From the NCBI GenBank assembly GCA_964016885.1, contig OZ024756.1:6696001-6760000 (forward strand): a stretch of 64,000 nt of DNA. The letters run 5' to 3'. The position numbers and the translations under genes were made by a program. The notes beneath the pieces were generated by a model. It ran no database searches, was not told the origin of the DNA, and saw only the letters and a program-made list of their open reading frames with translations. Shown piece after piece: positions 24,846 to 38,044 of this stretch. Origin of the DNA: Eledone cirrhosa. Taxonomy: Eukaryota. Numbering within the stretch: the stretch's first letter is position 1; each line of letters starts with the position of its first letter.

Positions 24846-25595
24846 TGGGAGTAACCGTGGACAGCAACATAAGCTGGACCACGCATATAAGCAGCAAAGT
24901 TGACATGGCCCGCAGAATGTGTTCCTGGATCCTCAGAACCTTCCAGTCGAGAGATTCCCGCACCATTATCCTTCTCTTCTCTACTTTTGCCCGACCACAC
25001 ATTGAATACTGTTGTCCACTGTGGTCTCCCCACACGAAACAAAGTATCATGAAGCTTGAAGCTCCTCAAAGGGCAATCACGAAAAAGATAGATGGCATGT
25101 CAGACCTTGACTACTGGGGTCGATTAGAAAACCTGAAACTTTACTCACTCCAACGTCGCCGTGAGCGTTATATTATCTGCAACATGTGGAAAATGTTCCA
25201 TCATCACTGCCCAAATGATGTTGGCATCGCCTTCAAGATACACCCAAGGCTTGGGCCCCGTGCTATCCGTCCCATTCAAAAATCTAAATCGCAACTCATA
25301 ACAACAATACGGCACAATTATTTCACCTCAATCGGCCCTGCTCTCTTCAACATCACACCAGGACACGTCAAAACAGAAACTGACCACACAAAATTCAAGA
25401 AGTCTTTGGACAAATTCCTCCAAGTAATCCCGGACAAACCACCCACACCCGGATATCTCTCCGCAAACAGTAATTCTCTTCTCGAATGGGCCATGGTGCC
25501 CAAATCCTGAATTGAAAGACTTCGCCAGGTGGTGCTATTAAGTTAGACATGGCCTGGGCCAATACTGGCCAAAACATTTCAAAGTTATTCAAAGT

Positions 25596-25597
<2 letters not shown>
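24846..25597 (+). mobile_element. 5'-truncated CR1/L2-type LINE, C-terminal part of ORF2 (stop at 25510) plus 3' UTR
   Basis: GVTVDSNISWTTHI...ILRTF...RPHIEYCCPLWSPH...LYSLQRRRERY motifs typical of the post-RT region of CR1-group LINEs; short tandem tail (ttcaaagtta)2; inserted in (TA)n. Confidence 0.88.
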
Positions 25598-25686
<89 letters not shown>

Positions 25687-25691
<5 letters not shown>

Positions 25692-26194
25692 GTCTATAGA
25701 ATCACCAGATAAAATATATGCCATTTCCTCTCCCAATTACCATAATTAACCATATACGATTAGACCAAGCTATAAGAATAAAGGCTTCTATGAAGAAATC
25801 CCCGACAAATAACCGAAAGCAGCTCTTCGCGCCGGCTGCGACGGAGTATTTATCGAGTATTTCGACAGCGTGTATAAATCGTCCAGATATACAGTCAACT
25901 AAAATAAACTACGAGAAAAGTGAACTAAATATGTTCACTTTTCTCCTAGTTTATTTTACACCTAATTCTGTTTAGTTGACTGTATATCTGGTCGATTTAT
26001 ACACGCTGTCGAAATACTCGATAAATACTCCGTCGCAACCACCGCGAAGGGGCTGCTTTCGGTTATTTGTCGGAGATTTCTTCATAGAAGCCTTTATTCT
26101 TATAGCTTGGTCTAATCGATTTTTTATATGGTTAATTATGTTAATTGGGAGAGGAAATGGTATATATTTTATCTGGTGATTCTATAGACATGTT
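25687..26194. mobile_element. ~500-bp near-perfect palindrome (foldback/MITE-like or inverted pLTR)
   Basis: Arms of ~240 bp are reverse complements around a loop near 25926-25932; flanked by TA repeats. Confidence 0.8.
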
Positions 26195-26446
26195 GTATGA
26201 TATATAGCTCTGATTATTTAATTTATTAACCCTTCATTGAACCACAAAGTGACCCGTTGCAAAACACACACATATATATATATATGTAAACCTTTATATA
26301 TATATATATATATATATGTGTGTAGGAGGTGAGTAATATGGTGGAACTATAAAACTATGCATATATCAGATAAGTAGCACTCGACAGTTGGTAGAACTGG
26401 AGTATATATGAAGAAGAAATTAAAAGATGGTTAAAAAAGTTCCATA

Positions 26447-26516
26447 TATTTTATTATGCACATTTCGAAAACAACATCATTCTGGGACAAAAATCGTGTT
26501 CTCATCAGATAAAATA
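26447..26516 (-). ncRNA. Minimal type I hammerhead ribozyme (family A)
   Basis: Reverse complement: tattttat-CTGATGA-gaacac...gttttc-GAAA-tgtgcata-ataaaata. Confidence 0.75.
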
Positions 26517-26587
26517 AGGTAACATGATATGTTAAGCTGCACACTTTCTTGATCACAAGTGTTTTTAGGCCTCATATCTTGTTACCT

Positions 26588-26654
26588 TATTTTATCTGAT
26601 GAGAACACAATTATTGTCCCAGGATGATGTTTTCGAAATTCGCATAATAAAATA
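26588..26654 (+). ncRNA. Minimal type I hammerhead ribozyme (family A)
   Basis: tattttat-CTGATGA-gaaca...tgttttc-GAAA-ttcgcata-ataaaata; inverted partner of 26447-26516. Confidence 0.75.
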
Positions 26655-26690
26655 TATGGAACTTTTTAAAACATCTTTTAATTTCTTCTT

Positions 26691-26749
<59 letters not shown>

Positions 26750-26752
26750 GTG

Positions 26753-26783
<31 letters not shown>

Positions 26784-26853
26784 GTATATACATATATATA
26801 TATGTATATATATATATATATGTATATACATATATATATATATACATACATAT

Positions 26854-26888
<35 letters not shown>

Positions 26889-26912
26889 CATATATATATA
26901 TATACATACATA

Positions 26913-26958
<46 letters not shown>

Positions 26959-26963
<5 letters not shown>

Positions 26964-27652
26964 AGTATGTACACGTACATACACATATGTATACAGACGT
27001 ACAGTAGTATGTATATATATATACATACAACATACATGCACACATATATATATGTATGTATGGATTCACCGAACATTTATTATAATGCTCGGTGTGTTTG
27101 TAAACAAACATCCCGTATTAAGCCGTAGTGTCTAGCAACCATCGTTGCTCGTTTGTTCAACACTGACAAAGGAACGCTGTACTAGTTTCAAGCTTATTAG
27201 CTATCGTCAGCAACGTATATCTTCCTGCCAGATTGTTGAACGTATATACTTAACGGCTGAGTAGCCCAATTTGCATATCGAGTGGCTTAATCGGCCGGGT
27301 GCACCGAAAACGATAAACGGAAAAATGAAACGAAATTTCATGTTCCACTCTTAGTACGGCTGTTACTTAAATATAAGTATGTACACGTTCCTTTGTCAGT
27401 GTTGAGCAAACGAGCAACGATGGTTGCTAGACACTACGGCTTAATACGGGATGTTTGTTTACAAACACACCGAGCATTATAATAAATGTTCGGTGAATCC
27501 ATACGTACATATATATATGTGTGCATATATGTATATATATATACATACTACTGTACGTCTGTATACATATATGTATGTACGTGTACATACTTATATTTAA
27601 GTAACAGCCGTACTAAGAGTGGGAAATGAAATTTCGTTTCATTTTTTCCGTT

Positions 27653-27655
<3 letters not shown>
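26959..27655. mobile_element. Family C hammerhead element: ~412-nt terminally redundant monomer on - plus an inverted partial copy on +
   Basis: atataagtatgtacacgt occurs at 26959 and 27371; inverted arm 27386-27655; (TA)n flanks. Confidence 0.8.
27174..27216 (-). ncRNA. Minimal type I hammerhead ribozyme (family C), intact consensus
   Basis: Reverse complement: acgttg-CTGACGA-tagct aata agctt-GAAA-ctaGTA-cagcgt; palindromic ACTAGT stem III. Confidence 0.85.
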
Positions 27656-27747
<92 letters not shown>

Positions 27748-27749
27748 TC

Positions 27750-27780
<31 letters not shown>

Positions 27781-27788
27781 CGTATATA

Positions 27789-27819
<31 letters not shown>

Positions 27820-27899
27820 CTATATATATATATACATATATATACACACACATATATATATATATATTTACATATATATACACACACATATATATATAT

Positions 27900-27938
<39 letters not shown>

Positions 27939-28239
27939 CGCAAACATATATATATGAGAGTGTATGTATATATGGACCCTCAAAACCCAAACCCATCCTT
28001 CAATGACAGACACGCCTTGTTTACTTTACAATTAACAACATAGAACGTATTTAGTTTTGACACTGCTTCCTACTCCCGCCTTCTCCCCCCTTCTCAGTGA
28101 ACTTCGACCTACCTAACCTCCTGACCCCGCCAACCCACTGACCTCTCTAACCCCCTCCACCCCCTAACCCGCTCCAACCACCTCCATTTCTGTTATTTTC
28201 GTGGATAGTCGTAAATATATTTCACTCACTGGGGATACC

Positions 28240-30785
28240 ACTGTGTGTGTGTGTGTGTGTATGTGTGTGTGTGTGAGTGTGTGTCTATGTGAGTATGTGT
28301 GTGTATGTGTGTGTGTCTATGTGAGTATCTGGTTGTGTTTGTGTATGTATGTGTGTGTCTATGTGAGTATCTGTGTTTGTGTGTGTGCGTGTGTGCGTGT
28401 GTATGTGTGTGTGTGTCTATGTGAGTATATGGGTGTATGTGTGTGTGTGTCTATGTGACTATCGGTGTGTGTGTGTATGTGAATGTGTGTGTGTCTATGT
28501 GAGTATCTGGGTGTTTCGGTGTGCGTGTGTGTGTGGGTGTGTATGTGTATGTGTGTGTGGGTGTGTGTGTCTATGTGAGAATATGTGTGTGTGTGTATGT
28601 GTCTATGTCAGTATTTGGGTGTTTCAGTGTTTGTGCGTATGCGTATGTGTTTCTTTATATGCGTGTATATGAGAGTATGTATGCGTGTGAGTGTGTGTGT
28701 GTGTCTTTCTCTATATGCGTGTGTATGCGTGATTGTGTGTGTGTTAATGTGATTGCCTATGTAAGTGGTGTGTGAGTTTCTCTATATATATGTGTATGTT
28801 TTTTGTGTGTTTCTGTGTGTATGTGGTGTGTGTGTGTGTGTTTGATTGCCGCTGTGTGTGTGTGTTTCTCTATATGTATGTGTATGTGTGTGGTGCTGTG
28901 AGTGTTTGTGTGTGGTGTGGTTCTGTGTGTGTGTGTGTGTGGTGGTGAGTGTGTTTGTGTGTGGTGTGTGTGTTTGTGTGTGGTGTGGTACTGTGTGTGT
29001 GTGGGTGTGTGGTGCTGTGTTAATCTGTTTTATGTGTGTATGTGTGTGGTTGTATAAGTGTGAGTGGGTATATGTGAATGTACATGGGTGTGTAGATGTA
29101 TGTGTATGTTTATAGGTGTGTGTGTTTAGTTACACCAGTGTGTATATGTGTGGTCGTGTGTGGTCGTGTGGGTGTATGTGTGTATGTGTGCAGTTGTGTA
29201 AGTGTATGTGTGAATATTAGTGTCGTTATATGTGTGAGTGTATGTGTGTGCATGGTTGTGTATGTTAGTGTGGGTATGTGTTAGTGTGTATGTGTGTGCG
29301 TGTGTGCGTGTAGGTGTATCTGTGTATGTGTGGATATACATGTTCAGTGTACATGCGTGTATATATGTGTGTGTATGGTTATATAAATGTGGGTATATGT
29401 CTGTGTTAGTGTGTGTATGGTTTTGTAGGTGTGTGTGTGTGTGTGTATGTTAGTGTGGATATATATGTTTATGTACATTGTATATGTGTGTGTGGTTGTG
29501 TAAGTGTATGTGTGTATATATATGTTCAGTGTACAGTGTACATGTGTGTGTATATGTGTGTATGTGTGTGTATGTGTATGTGTATGGTTGTGTAGGTGTA
29601 TGTGTGTATATATATATGTTCAGTGTACAGTGTACATGTGTGTGTACATGTGTGTATGTGTGTGTATGTGTATGTGTATGGTTGTGTAGGTGTATGTGTG
29701 TATATCTATATATGTTCAGTTTACAGTGTATATGTGTGTGTATATGTGTGTATGTGTGTGTATGTGTATGTGTATGGTTGTGTAGGTGTATGTGTATATA
29801 TATATATATATTCAGAGTACAGTGTAAATGTGTGTGTATATGTATGTATGTGTGTGTATGTGTATGGTTGTGTAGGTGTATGTGTGTATATATATGTTCA
29901 ATGTTCAGTGCATGTGTGTGTATGTGTAGGTGTATGCATATATATGTCCAGTGTACATTATACATGAGTGTGTATGTGCGTATATAAATATGTATATGTT
30001 CAGTGTACAGTGTACATGTGTGTGTATGTGTGGTTGTGTAGGTGTATGTATATATATATATGTTTAGTGTAAAGTGTATGAGTATGTAGGTGTATGTATG
30101 TATATATATGTTAAGTGTACAGTGTACAGTGTATACGTGTATATATATATGAATATGTAGATGTATATATGTATATATATGTTAAATGTTCTGTGTACAG
30201 TGTATACGTGTATATATATATGAGTGTGTAGGTATATATATGTATATATATATATGTTCAGTGTATAATGTATACGTGTATATATATATATGGGTGTGTA
30301 GGTGTATATATGTATATATATATGTTAAATGTTCAGTGTACAGTGGATACGTGTATATATATATGAGTATGTAGGTGTATATATGTATATATATATATGT
30401 TCAGTGTACAGTGTATACGTGTATATATATATGAGTATGTAAGTGTATGTATGTATATATATGTTAAATGTTCAGTGTACAGTGGATATGTCTGTATATA
30501 TGAGTATGTAGGTGTATATATGTATATATATATGTTAAATGTTCAGTGTACAGTGGATACGTGTATATATATATGAGTGTGTAGGTCTATACGTGTATAT
30601 ATATATGAGTATGTAGGTGTATATATGTTTATATATATATGTTCAGTGTATAATGTATACGTGTATATATATATGAGTATGTAGGTGTATGTATATATAT
30701 ATATGTTCAGTGTACAGTGAATACGTGTGTATATATGAGTATGTAGGTGTATATATGTATATATATATATGTTCAGTGTACATTA
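28240..30785. repeat. TG/TA-rich minisatellites (GTTCAGTGTACAGTG anchor in the distal part)
   Basis: Direct reading. Confidence 0.9.
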
Positions 30786-31084
30786 TACAAGAGAGTGTAC
30801 ATACATACATCTATATTTCAGTTGAGATCAGTTCTGATGGAGCAACTGTTAGTACAGAGGTAGTCAGCCGAACCACGAAACCTAACCCACATATCTATTG
30901 TTCTAGATCAGTGCTTTTCAACCTTTACTAATTCCCGCATCACTGAACAACACACTCTTACGACACATGAGTAGTTTGGTTTTATATATTCAGAAGAAAA
31001 AGTGAGTATCAAAATGAAATAATAAATGTTTGTGTACAGTTTGTATAAGGAAAGATATCACGATAACTTGATGAAGCAATCTAG

Positions 31085-31545
31085 ACACTACTCACCACCA
31101 GAGGCGCTGCTGGCCAGCAGCAGGTGTGAGCCTCGCGAGTTGGAATGGATCTAACAGCGTGTCTCCCTTGCCGTCCTCCCGGGAAACGCCTTCTCCATTC
31201 TGTCCGCCGGGGCTGTGGGAAGGCCATCAATATGATTGACTGACTTGTCATTTTATCAGTCAACCTGCTACCAGTACTGCTCGCTCTCCGACAGGTTCAC
31301 GGTCGTCCCCATGGCAGTGGAGACGTCTGGTGTCCTTGGCCCTAGGGCTACCTCCCTACTCACCACCATAGGCGCTGAGCTGGCCAACCGCAGGTGTGAG
31401 CCTCGCAAGTTGGAATGACTCTAACAGCGTGTCTCCCTTGCCGTCCTCCCCGGAAACGCCTTTTCCATTCTGTCCACCGGGGCTATGGAGAGGCCATCAA
31501 TATAATTGTCTGACTTGTCATTTTATCAGTCAACCTGCTACCAGT
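31085..31545 (+). mobile_element. Tandem 3' fragments of a CRE-like (RLE-endonuclease) non-LTR retrotransposon
   Basis: Translates YCSLSDRFTVVPMAVETSGVLGPRATSLLTTIG...EPR...QRVSLAVLPGNAFSIL, the AVET-G/QR-S-A-GNA C-terminal signature; 31089-31275 duplicates 31357-31544. Confidence 0.7.
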
Positions 31546-31614
31546 TGAGTAATAACTCTTTTTGATATAACAACGGAAAGATAGAAATTGATAAATAGCA
31601 GAGAATCATTCGCC

Positions 31615-31888
31615 TTCCTAAATAGAATTTAACTCAACGACTTCATTTATACCATAAATATGGTTTTGTCTTTGCGTATAATTGTTCTCCCCGGTCCACA
31701 TAAAGACGTATTATCTTCGCTTTTTTCCGTTCTTTGCCAGGGAACGTCTCTACGAACCAAAGTATCATCTTCCGGTTTTCCTTCGGTTGCAACGTTTTTC
31801 GAAATATTTAATTCTGCGTCCACAGATTGACTTTGTTAGTTTCAGAAGATCCCGTAAGGGTGAAAGCAGCGATTCTTTGTTAATGTTA

Positions 31889-31890
<2 letters not shown>
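31615..31890 (-). mobile_element. Internal fragment of the Helitron family
   Basis: Similar to 32590-32800 and to the reverse complement of 50750-51010. Confidence 0.7.
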
Positions 31891-31933
<43 letters not shown>

Positions 31934-31934
<1 letters not shown>

Positions 31935-33020
31935 TAGCAGAGATACCCGGCGTTGCTCGGATATTAAATAGCAATTGTGTATGCCATTTATGTCGATACT
32001 TCAGTGCTGCTTCGAAAAATATACTTTTACAAAATCATCAGCGTTTTCCAAAAGGAGGTTCCTTCCCCCAGAGGTCCCCTACCCAATATGTGCCAATTCT
32101 GAGAGTTCACATTCATCTGTAGGACAAACGTAGCCCATGTGGCAAGTTTTTTGAAAATCGGTTGCGAACTCCAGAAGTTATGACGTTTTGTTGCATTGCA
32201 CTGCAGTGCTTCAGTCGACTCCAAGGAACTGGTTAAAGTGGTTAAAGGGGTTATCTGCCGGGGGGGGGGGGGGATATAATCAATATCTGGAAAAATGACA
32301 GTGCTCATGACCATCCGTAGTACATAAGTAACCTATATCTTAAGTTCGGTGAAAATACTGTAGAAATGCATAAGGTTTATACATACGCGCCTGCGTTTGT
32401 GTGTGTGCGTGGGGGTGGGTGGGGGTATGTATTTGTGTGTGCGTATGTATGTGTATGTCCCTCGGGGCATACGTATGTACTGGCCTAAATCTTCACTATT
32501 TACCTTTACTATTTTAATAACCTCCGTCATTTTCGTTTTCAATTTTATTTACATCATTCTTAAACTCCGGGGCTGAAAATCATTGTTGTTTTGAATAGAA
32601 TGTTAGTCTAACGACTCCATTTATACCATAAACTTGATCTTGTCTTTGCATGAAATTCTTCTTCACGATCCACATAACGAGGTATTATCCTCGCTTTTTT
32701 TCCCGTTCATTGCCAGAGAACGTCTTCACGAACCAAAATATCGTCTTCCTGTTTCCGTTCGGTTGCAACGTTTCTCGAAATATTTACTTCTGCGTTCACA
32801 GATTACTCTCAGTTCAATTTCAATGGGAAATTCCTGCTTCATCGATTTTCTCCGTAACCATGGAAAATTTGTAGATTGAAAGTCGACCCAACGACTCCTC
32901 GGGTCATTCTGTATAACTGTGTAAATTTTCGCTGCATTCCACCAAGCCGTTTCGTCGTTTATCCGACTACACCTACAGATCCAACGTCCGACCATTTCCA
33001 ATTCCAATTTATATAGTAGA
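31934..33020 (-). mobile_element. Non-autonomous Helitron
   Basis: On - strand: A|TCTACTATAT 5' end; 3' hairpin ccgagcaacgccgg then CTAG|T; no TSD. Confidence 0.8.
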
Positions 33021-33129
33021 TTTGTTTATATATGAATGACAAAAAGAAAAGTTCAAAACTATACATGAATTGTTTCTACTAAACCTTCAATTTAAGACAC
33101 AACCTACATATTTGATAGGACTCCGGCTC

Positions 33130-33160
<31 letters not shown>

Positions 33161-34198
33161 CTTCTTCTTCTTCTTCTTCTTCTTCTTCTTCTTCTTCTTC
33201 TCCCCCTGGAACATTGGGCTGCGAGCCACCCCCACACAACGCCATGTTCTGAGTCTGCTTTTCAACCCGCCGTGATGCACGGTGCGTCATGGTGTATCTA
33301 ACAATTTTGTTTAGGTCTTACTACGGCTGATTTCTCCCAGAGAGAAAGAAAGAGATGGAAAAATGCAGAGAAGATTCATCCTCGGAGGAATAATAAAAAA
33401 TGTTTACACTGCACATTTTATTTTTTCAAAGTTAAAGCTGCCGATCCAAAACCACGATCCGCAAGAACGAACCCTGAATCTCATGGTTACTAAGAGAGAC
33501 TCTTAACCACACAACCACCAAACCATACCTGTGTCTACGTTCACCCTATCCATGCACAAATAACAGTTTTAAAGAAACCAACTGTTTGAACTATAAACCC
33601 TAACGTTTGTTGATCTTACATAGCATTGAATAACAAACATCACTGAGTACACAACAAACCCCGAGCCTTATAATCTTCCTCTCGTTGAGGAATAATATTT
33701 ATTGATATAAATCTTGAATTATGAATCATATAGTAAGTCATTTTGTATAAACAGTATACGACTGTTAAAGGTAAACTTATGTTGATACATAGTTTTCTAT
33801 CACCCGTCAGTAAAAGAGAGAAATGTTAATCAATATCTTGTAGATGTTAGATGGAAATCACAATAAATTATTGTCAAAGGAAAGCTAGATCTGAATGGAG
33901 TCAGGATTAGTTAACAAAACAAGCATTAATCTATAGGGATTACAGGGTCACGGGTTCGGTATTTGTGAGGCTTTTCATTGCGGAAAACAGGGTGTAACAA
34001 CACCATATTTAATAAGATATCAAGTGACTGTTGATGAAGACATGTGTACCCAAAGTTCGTGCTGGTTTCTGTACTATATAGTAATAGTTCCAACATGCAT
34101 TCTTACATATACTCTATGCAATAATGTGTGTGTGAGTGTGTGTGGTGGTGATGGCTACTTTATCTATGTATTTATGCATGTATATACATATATATTAA

Positions 34199-35427
34199 CA
34201 GGATCCAGCCTGAGATGGAGAAGAAGCTCAGGGACAACCAGAACGGCTTCAGAGAGGGTAGATCAACAACCAGTCACATCCTGATGCTGAGGAGGATATT
34301 AGAGGGAGCTAGAGCAAGTGCCTTCCTGCGGTCATGGTTTTCATTGATTTAGGAAGGCCTTTGATTCTGTGGACCGTTACTGCCTGATGAAGATCTTACA
34401 GGCTTATGGAATCCCCAAGAGGATAGTGGACCTGATATCACTGCTCTACACCAACACCAAAGCCCAAGTCATTACACCTGATGGGATGACAGAGTTCTTT
34501 GAGATACTGGCTGGAGTGCTCCAGGGAGATACATTGGCTCCCTACCTTTTTATCATTGTAGTGGACTATTGTATGCGCCTTGCACTGGAGAAACACCAGG
34601 ACTCTGGCTTTACTGTAGCACCGGCTCAGAGCAGGAGAGTTGGGGCGAAAAAGGTATCGGATGCTGAATTTGCCGACGACATAGTTTTGGTGACAAATAC
34701 AGTGAAGGAGGCAGAGGATTTGATGCGGGAGGTTGAGACTGTGTCGATGAGTGTGGGGCTGAGAATGAATGAGACTAAAACAAAGTATCTGGTAGAGAAT
34801 GTTGAGAAGCCAGAGGGGATCACTAATGTAGGCGGGAAGCCGCTGGAATTGGTTGAGGACTTCCTGTATTTGGGAGCAAAGATTGGGAATACGGAAGATG
34901 ATGTGGTTGAGAGGAAGAGCAAGGCCTGGGCGGCGTGCCACAGCTTGAGATCGGTGTGGAAGTCGGACCTTCGTAGAGACCTGAAAATCCGCCTCTTCAT
35001 GGCTGTAGTGGAGTCTGTGCTGCTGTATGGGTCTGACACTTGGACACTGACCAAGAGACTCACTCAGATGGTGGATGGGTGCTACACGAGAATGCTGAGG
35101 ATGGCTCTGAACATTAATCAGTATACACTGAGGATGAAAAACTCAGAGCTGTATGGGAGCCTCCCAAAAGTCAGCTCAAAAGTGACGCAGAGGAGACTGA
35201 GGTTGGCTGGACATGCTCACCGACATACAGAGTTGACATTGCACTCAGTGCTCCTTTGGGAGCCCCTACATGGACACACTAGAAGAGGAAGACCAAGGTT
35301 AACATATGTTGATGCCCTAAGGACAGACACTGGTCTGTTGGAGATGCAGGATATGGCAGCGATAATGAGGGACAGAGACCGCTGGAGAGAACTCGTCCAT
35401 GGATCTCGGGAATTTTACCCGCCTTAG
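34199..35427 (+). mobile_element. 5'-truncated RTE-type LINE with reverse-transcriptase ORF (open 34369-35427, frameshifted upstream)
   Basis: QNGFREGRSTT, FID.RKAFDSV, GVLQGDTLAPYLF, FADD, FLYLG, RLRLAGH, GRPRLTY and DRDRWR motifs; stop abuts a (TA)n tail. Confidence 0.93.
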
Positions 35428-35460
<33 letters not shown>

Positions 35461-35525
35461 AATATATATATATAAATATACACCCGTGTATATTTATCTA
35501 TCTATAAATATATACATATATATAC

Positions 35526-35649
<124 letters not shown>

Positions 35650-35686
35650 AAATATATAGATAGAAAAATATACACGGGTGTATATT

Positions 35687-35768
<82 letters not shown>

Positions 35769-35807
35769 AATATATAAGATCAAAAGATGGTTAAAAGAGT
35801 TCCTAGG

Positions 35808-35878
35808 TATTTTATTATGCGCATTTCACAAACAAATATCATCATGCAATAACATTTGCGTTTTCGTCAGATAAAATA
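35808..35878 (-). ncRNA. Minimal type I hammerhead ribozyme (family A)
   Basis: Reverse complement: tattttat-CTGACGA-aaacgcaaatgttattgcatgatgatatttgtttgt-GAAA-tgcgcata-ataaaata. Confidence 0.75.
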
Positions 35879-36067
35879 GGGAGACATGATATGAAGGTTA
35901 AAAGATACTTGTGAATAGTGTAGTTTTAAATCAATGTTGATTTAAAACTGCTCTATATGATTTTTAATGCGATGAAATACCAATGATCGTTGGCAAATCA
36001 CTGATGAGGGACTTATTTTATAACATGTAATCCATGTGCAACCATGCAGTATTCTTCTCCCCATATT

Positions 36068-36119
<52 letters not shown>

Positions 36120-36305
36120 CATATATATATAAAACATCACGGGCGCTCTATCTCAAAATTATTTTTGAAAAGCTTTAGAAATTCGCATCCGGTAAAGCTT
36201 AAAACCAAATCTGAATACTAACCAATACTATTACTAATGTTTACTTATTTCTAATTAAACTATTTTTCACTAGGAACAATTTGTCAGCATTTTCTTTTGC
36301 TTTTA

Positions 36306-36355
<50 letters not shown>

Positions 36356-36366
36356 AGCTTCAGGCC

Positions 36367-36855
36367 GTAGCACGAGATTTCGTTATAAGACCAATGAGAG
36401 GTCGAAAATACTTTCATAGCACGAGATGTCATTATAAGAACAGCGAGAGTTAGAAACTTTTGCCATAGTACGAGATCTCGTTATGAGGACAATGAGGGGT
36501 AGAAACTACTGTTGTAGCACGAAATCTCGTTATAAGAACAACGTGAAGTAGAAAACACTGCTGTAGGACGAGCTCTCGTTAACTGAACAATGTGATGTAG
36601 AAACTACTGTGGAGCAAGAGATCTTGTTATAAGGACAATGTGAGGGAGAGTAGAAACTACTGCTGTAGGACGAGATCGCGTTATGAGGACAATAAGAGGT
36701 AGAATGTACTGCTGTAGGACGAGATCGCGTTATGATGACAATGAGAGGTAGAGATTACTGCTGTAGGACGATATCTCGTTATAAAGACACTGTGACGTAG
36801 ATACTACCGCTGTAGCACGAGATCTCGTCATAGCAGGAGATCTCGTTATAAAGCC
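36367..36855. repeat. ~46-bp minisatellite with palindromic CGAGATCTCG core
   Basis: About 10 diverged units gtagcacgagatctcgttataaggacaatgagaggtagaaactact. Confidence 0.85.
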
Positions 36856-37879
36856 AAAACTAGAGATCTGACGTTAGGTTCCTGGGCTTACTTTCTGGCC
36901 TTAAATAAATAGGGAAAGTATGTCAGAAGCAGATCTTGATATCTTCACTTTCTTTCTAATTGAAGAAGCTAAAAAAATGTCCATATTACATCTACGAATA
37001 TTCTGGAATAAACACTGACAGTTTGCACACGTATTTCTTTTACATATTGCTTGGTGAACGAGTGAAATCCTAGAAATAGTGTACGAAGCCTTAGAAATCC
37101 TTTCGGTTTTATCTTGTGCTTGTTCCGTCATGTCATTATCAGCGAAGGTAGAGCTGTGTATTGGCAGATTCAGTAGTATGTCGGACTTGGTAGAATCGCT
37201 AGGGACTTAGATTAAATTATTTGCCGGTATTTCGTCTAGTTCTCTGTGCGCTAAGTTCAAATCCCTCAATTGAAATTTTTTGTCTTTCAATGAATTTATT
37301 TCCGTAAGATAGACGCGAGTATTTCCATCGGTTTCGATTAGGCCTGTAGCCGTTTCAGATCACTCAGGCTATTGATGACTTCCACAAACGCTGGCACATC
37401 AATTTAGTTTTTCACAAACCCGATACATCGATAATTAAAGTTGACACCATGTTGTGTGCATAAGGCAGCTGTGTCGGACTAAATGCCTCGTATGTTCCCG
37501 CATTCATATTCTGATTTCAAATCACTCCGACATTAACTTTGTCTTTCATCATTCGACGACGAGGATATAATTACTAGTCCAAGGCATTTCGAGCTAAGCT
37601 CTAGCGACTCTGCCAATTTGGGCAAACCTATGATCAAAGCCATTCCAGTCATGACAATGCAGGTTATTCAGTTGGTATTAGCCAAAGTGTTCTTTTTTTT
37701 CTTCTAAAGGATGTTTTCTATGGTTTAGTAGAGTCCACAGAGTCGTCGAAGGCGTTCCTCTCAGAACACAAAGAACCAGAACAGAGAATACATCCCATCC
37801 GAGGCGCTGATATTTTCGACAATCCACTGCTTGGACTAGCTGCTAGTTCATCAACCATTAAAGAATGAAATTTGAAATA

Positions 37880-38044
37880 TTCTTTGCTCACAAAACTCAC
37901 AGGACCCTAAGTATTACATGTGTAAAGGTTGAACACAATCGATTGGGTGGATCTCGAGTTTTGAGGGAGACAGACAGACAGACATTCTCTGTTTTAGATA
38001 TATAGACTAGCAGAAAATCGCACATCGAGTGGTTTTCTGCTAGT
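37880..38044. mobile_element. Helitron/Helentron-like terminal fragment with a 12-bp inverted repeat
   Basis: (GACA)n, ttttagatatataga, then ACTAGCAGAAAA...TTTTCTGCTAGT. Confidence 0.5.

Noticed and set aside
34438-35063. Antisense ORFs of 167 and 145 aa
   Set aside because: Shadows of the RT ORF on the opposite strand
35995-36050. CTGATGA in a pLTR-like context
   Set aside because: No GAAA or closing stem I; at best a decayed motif
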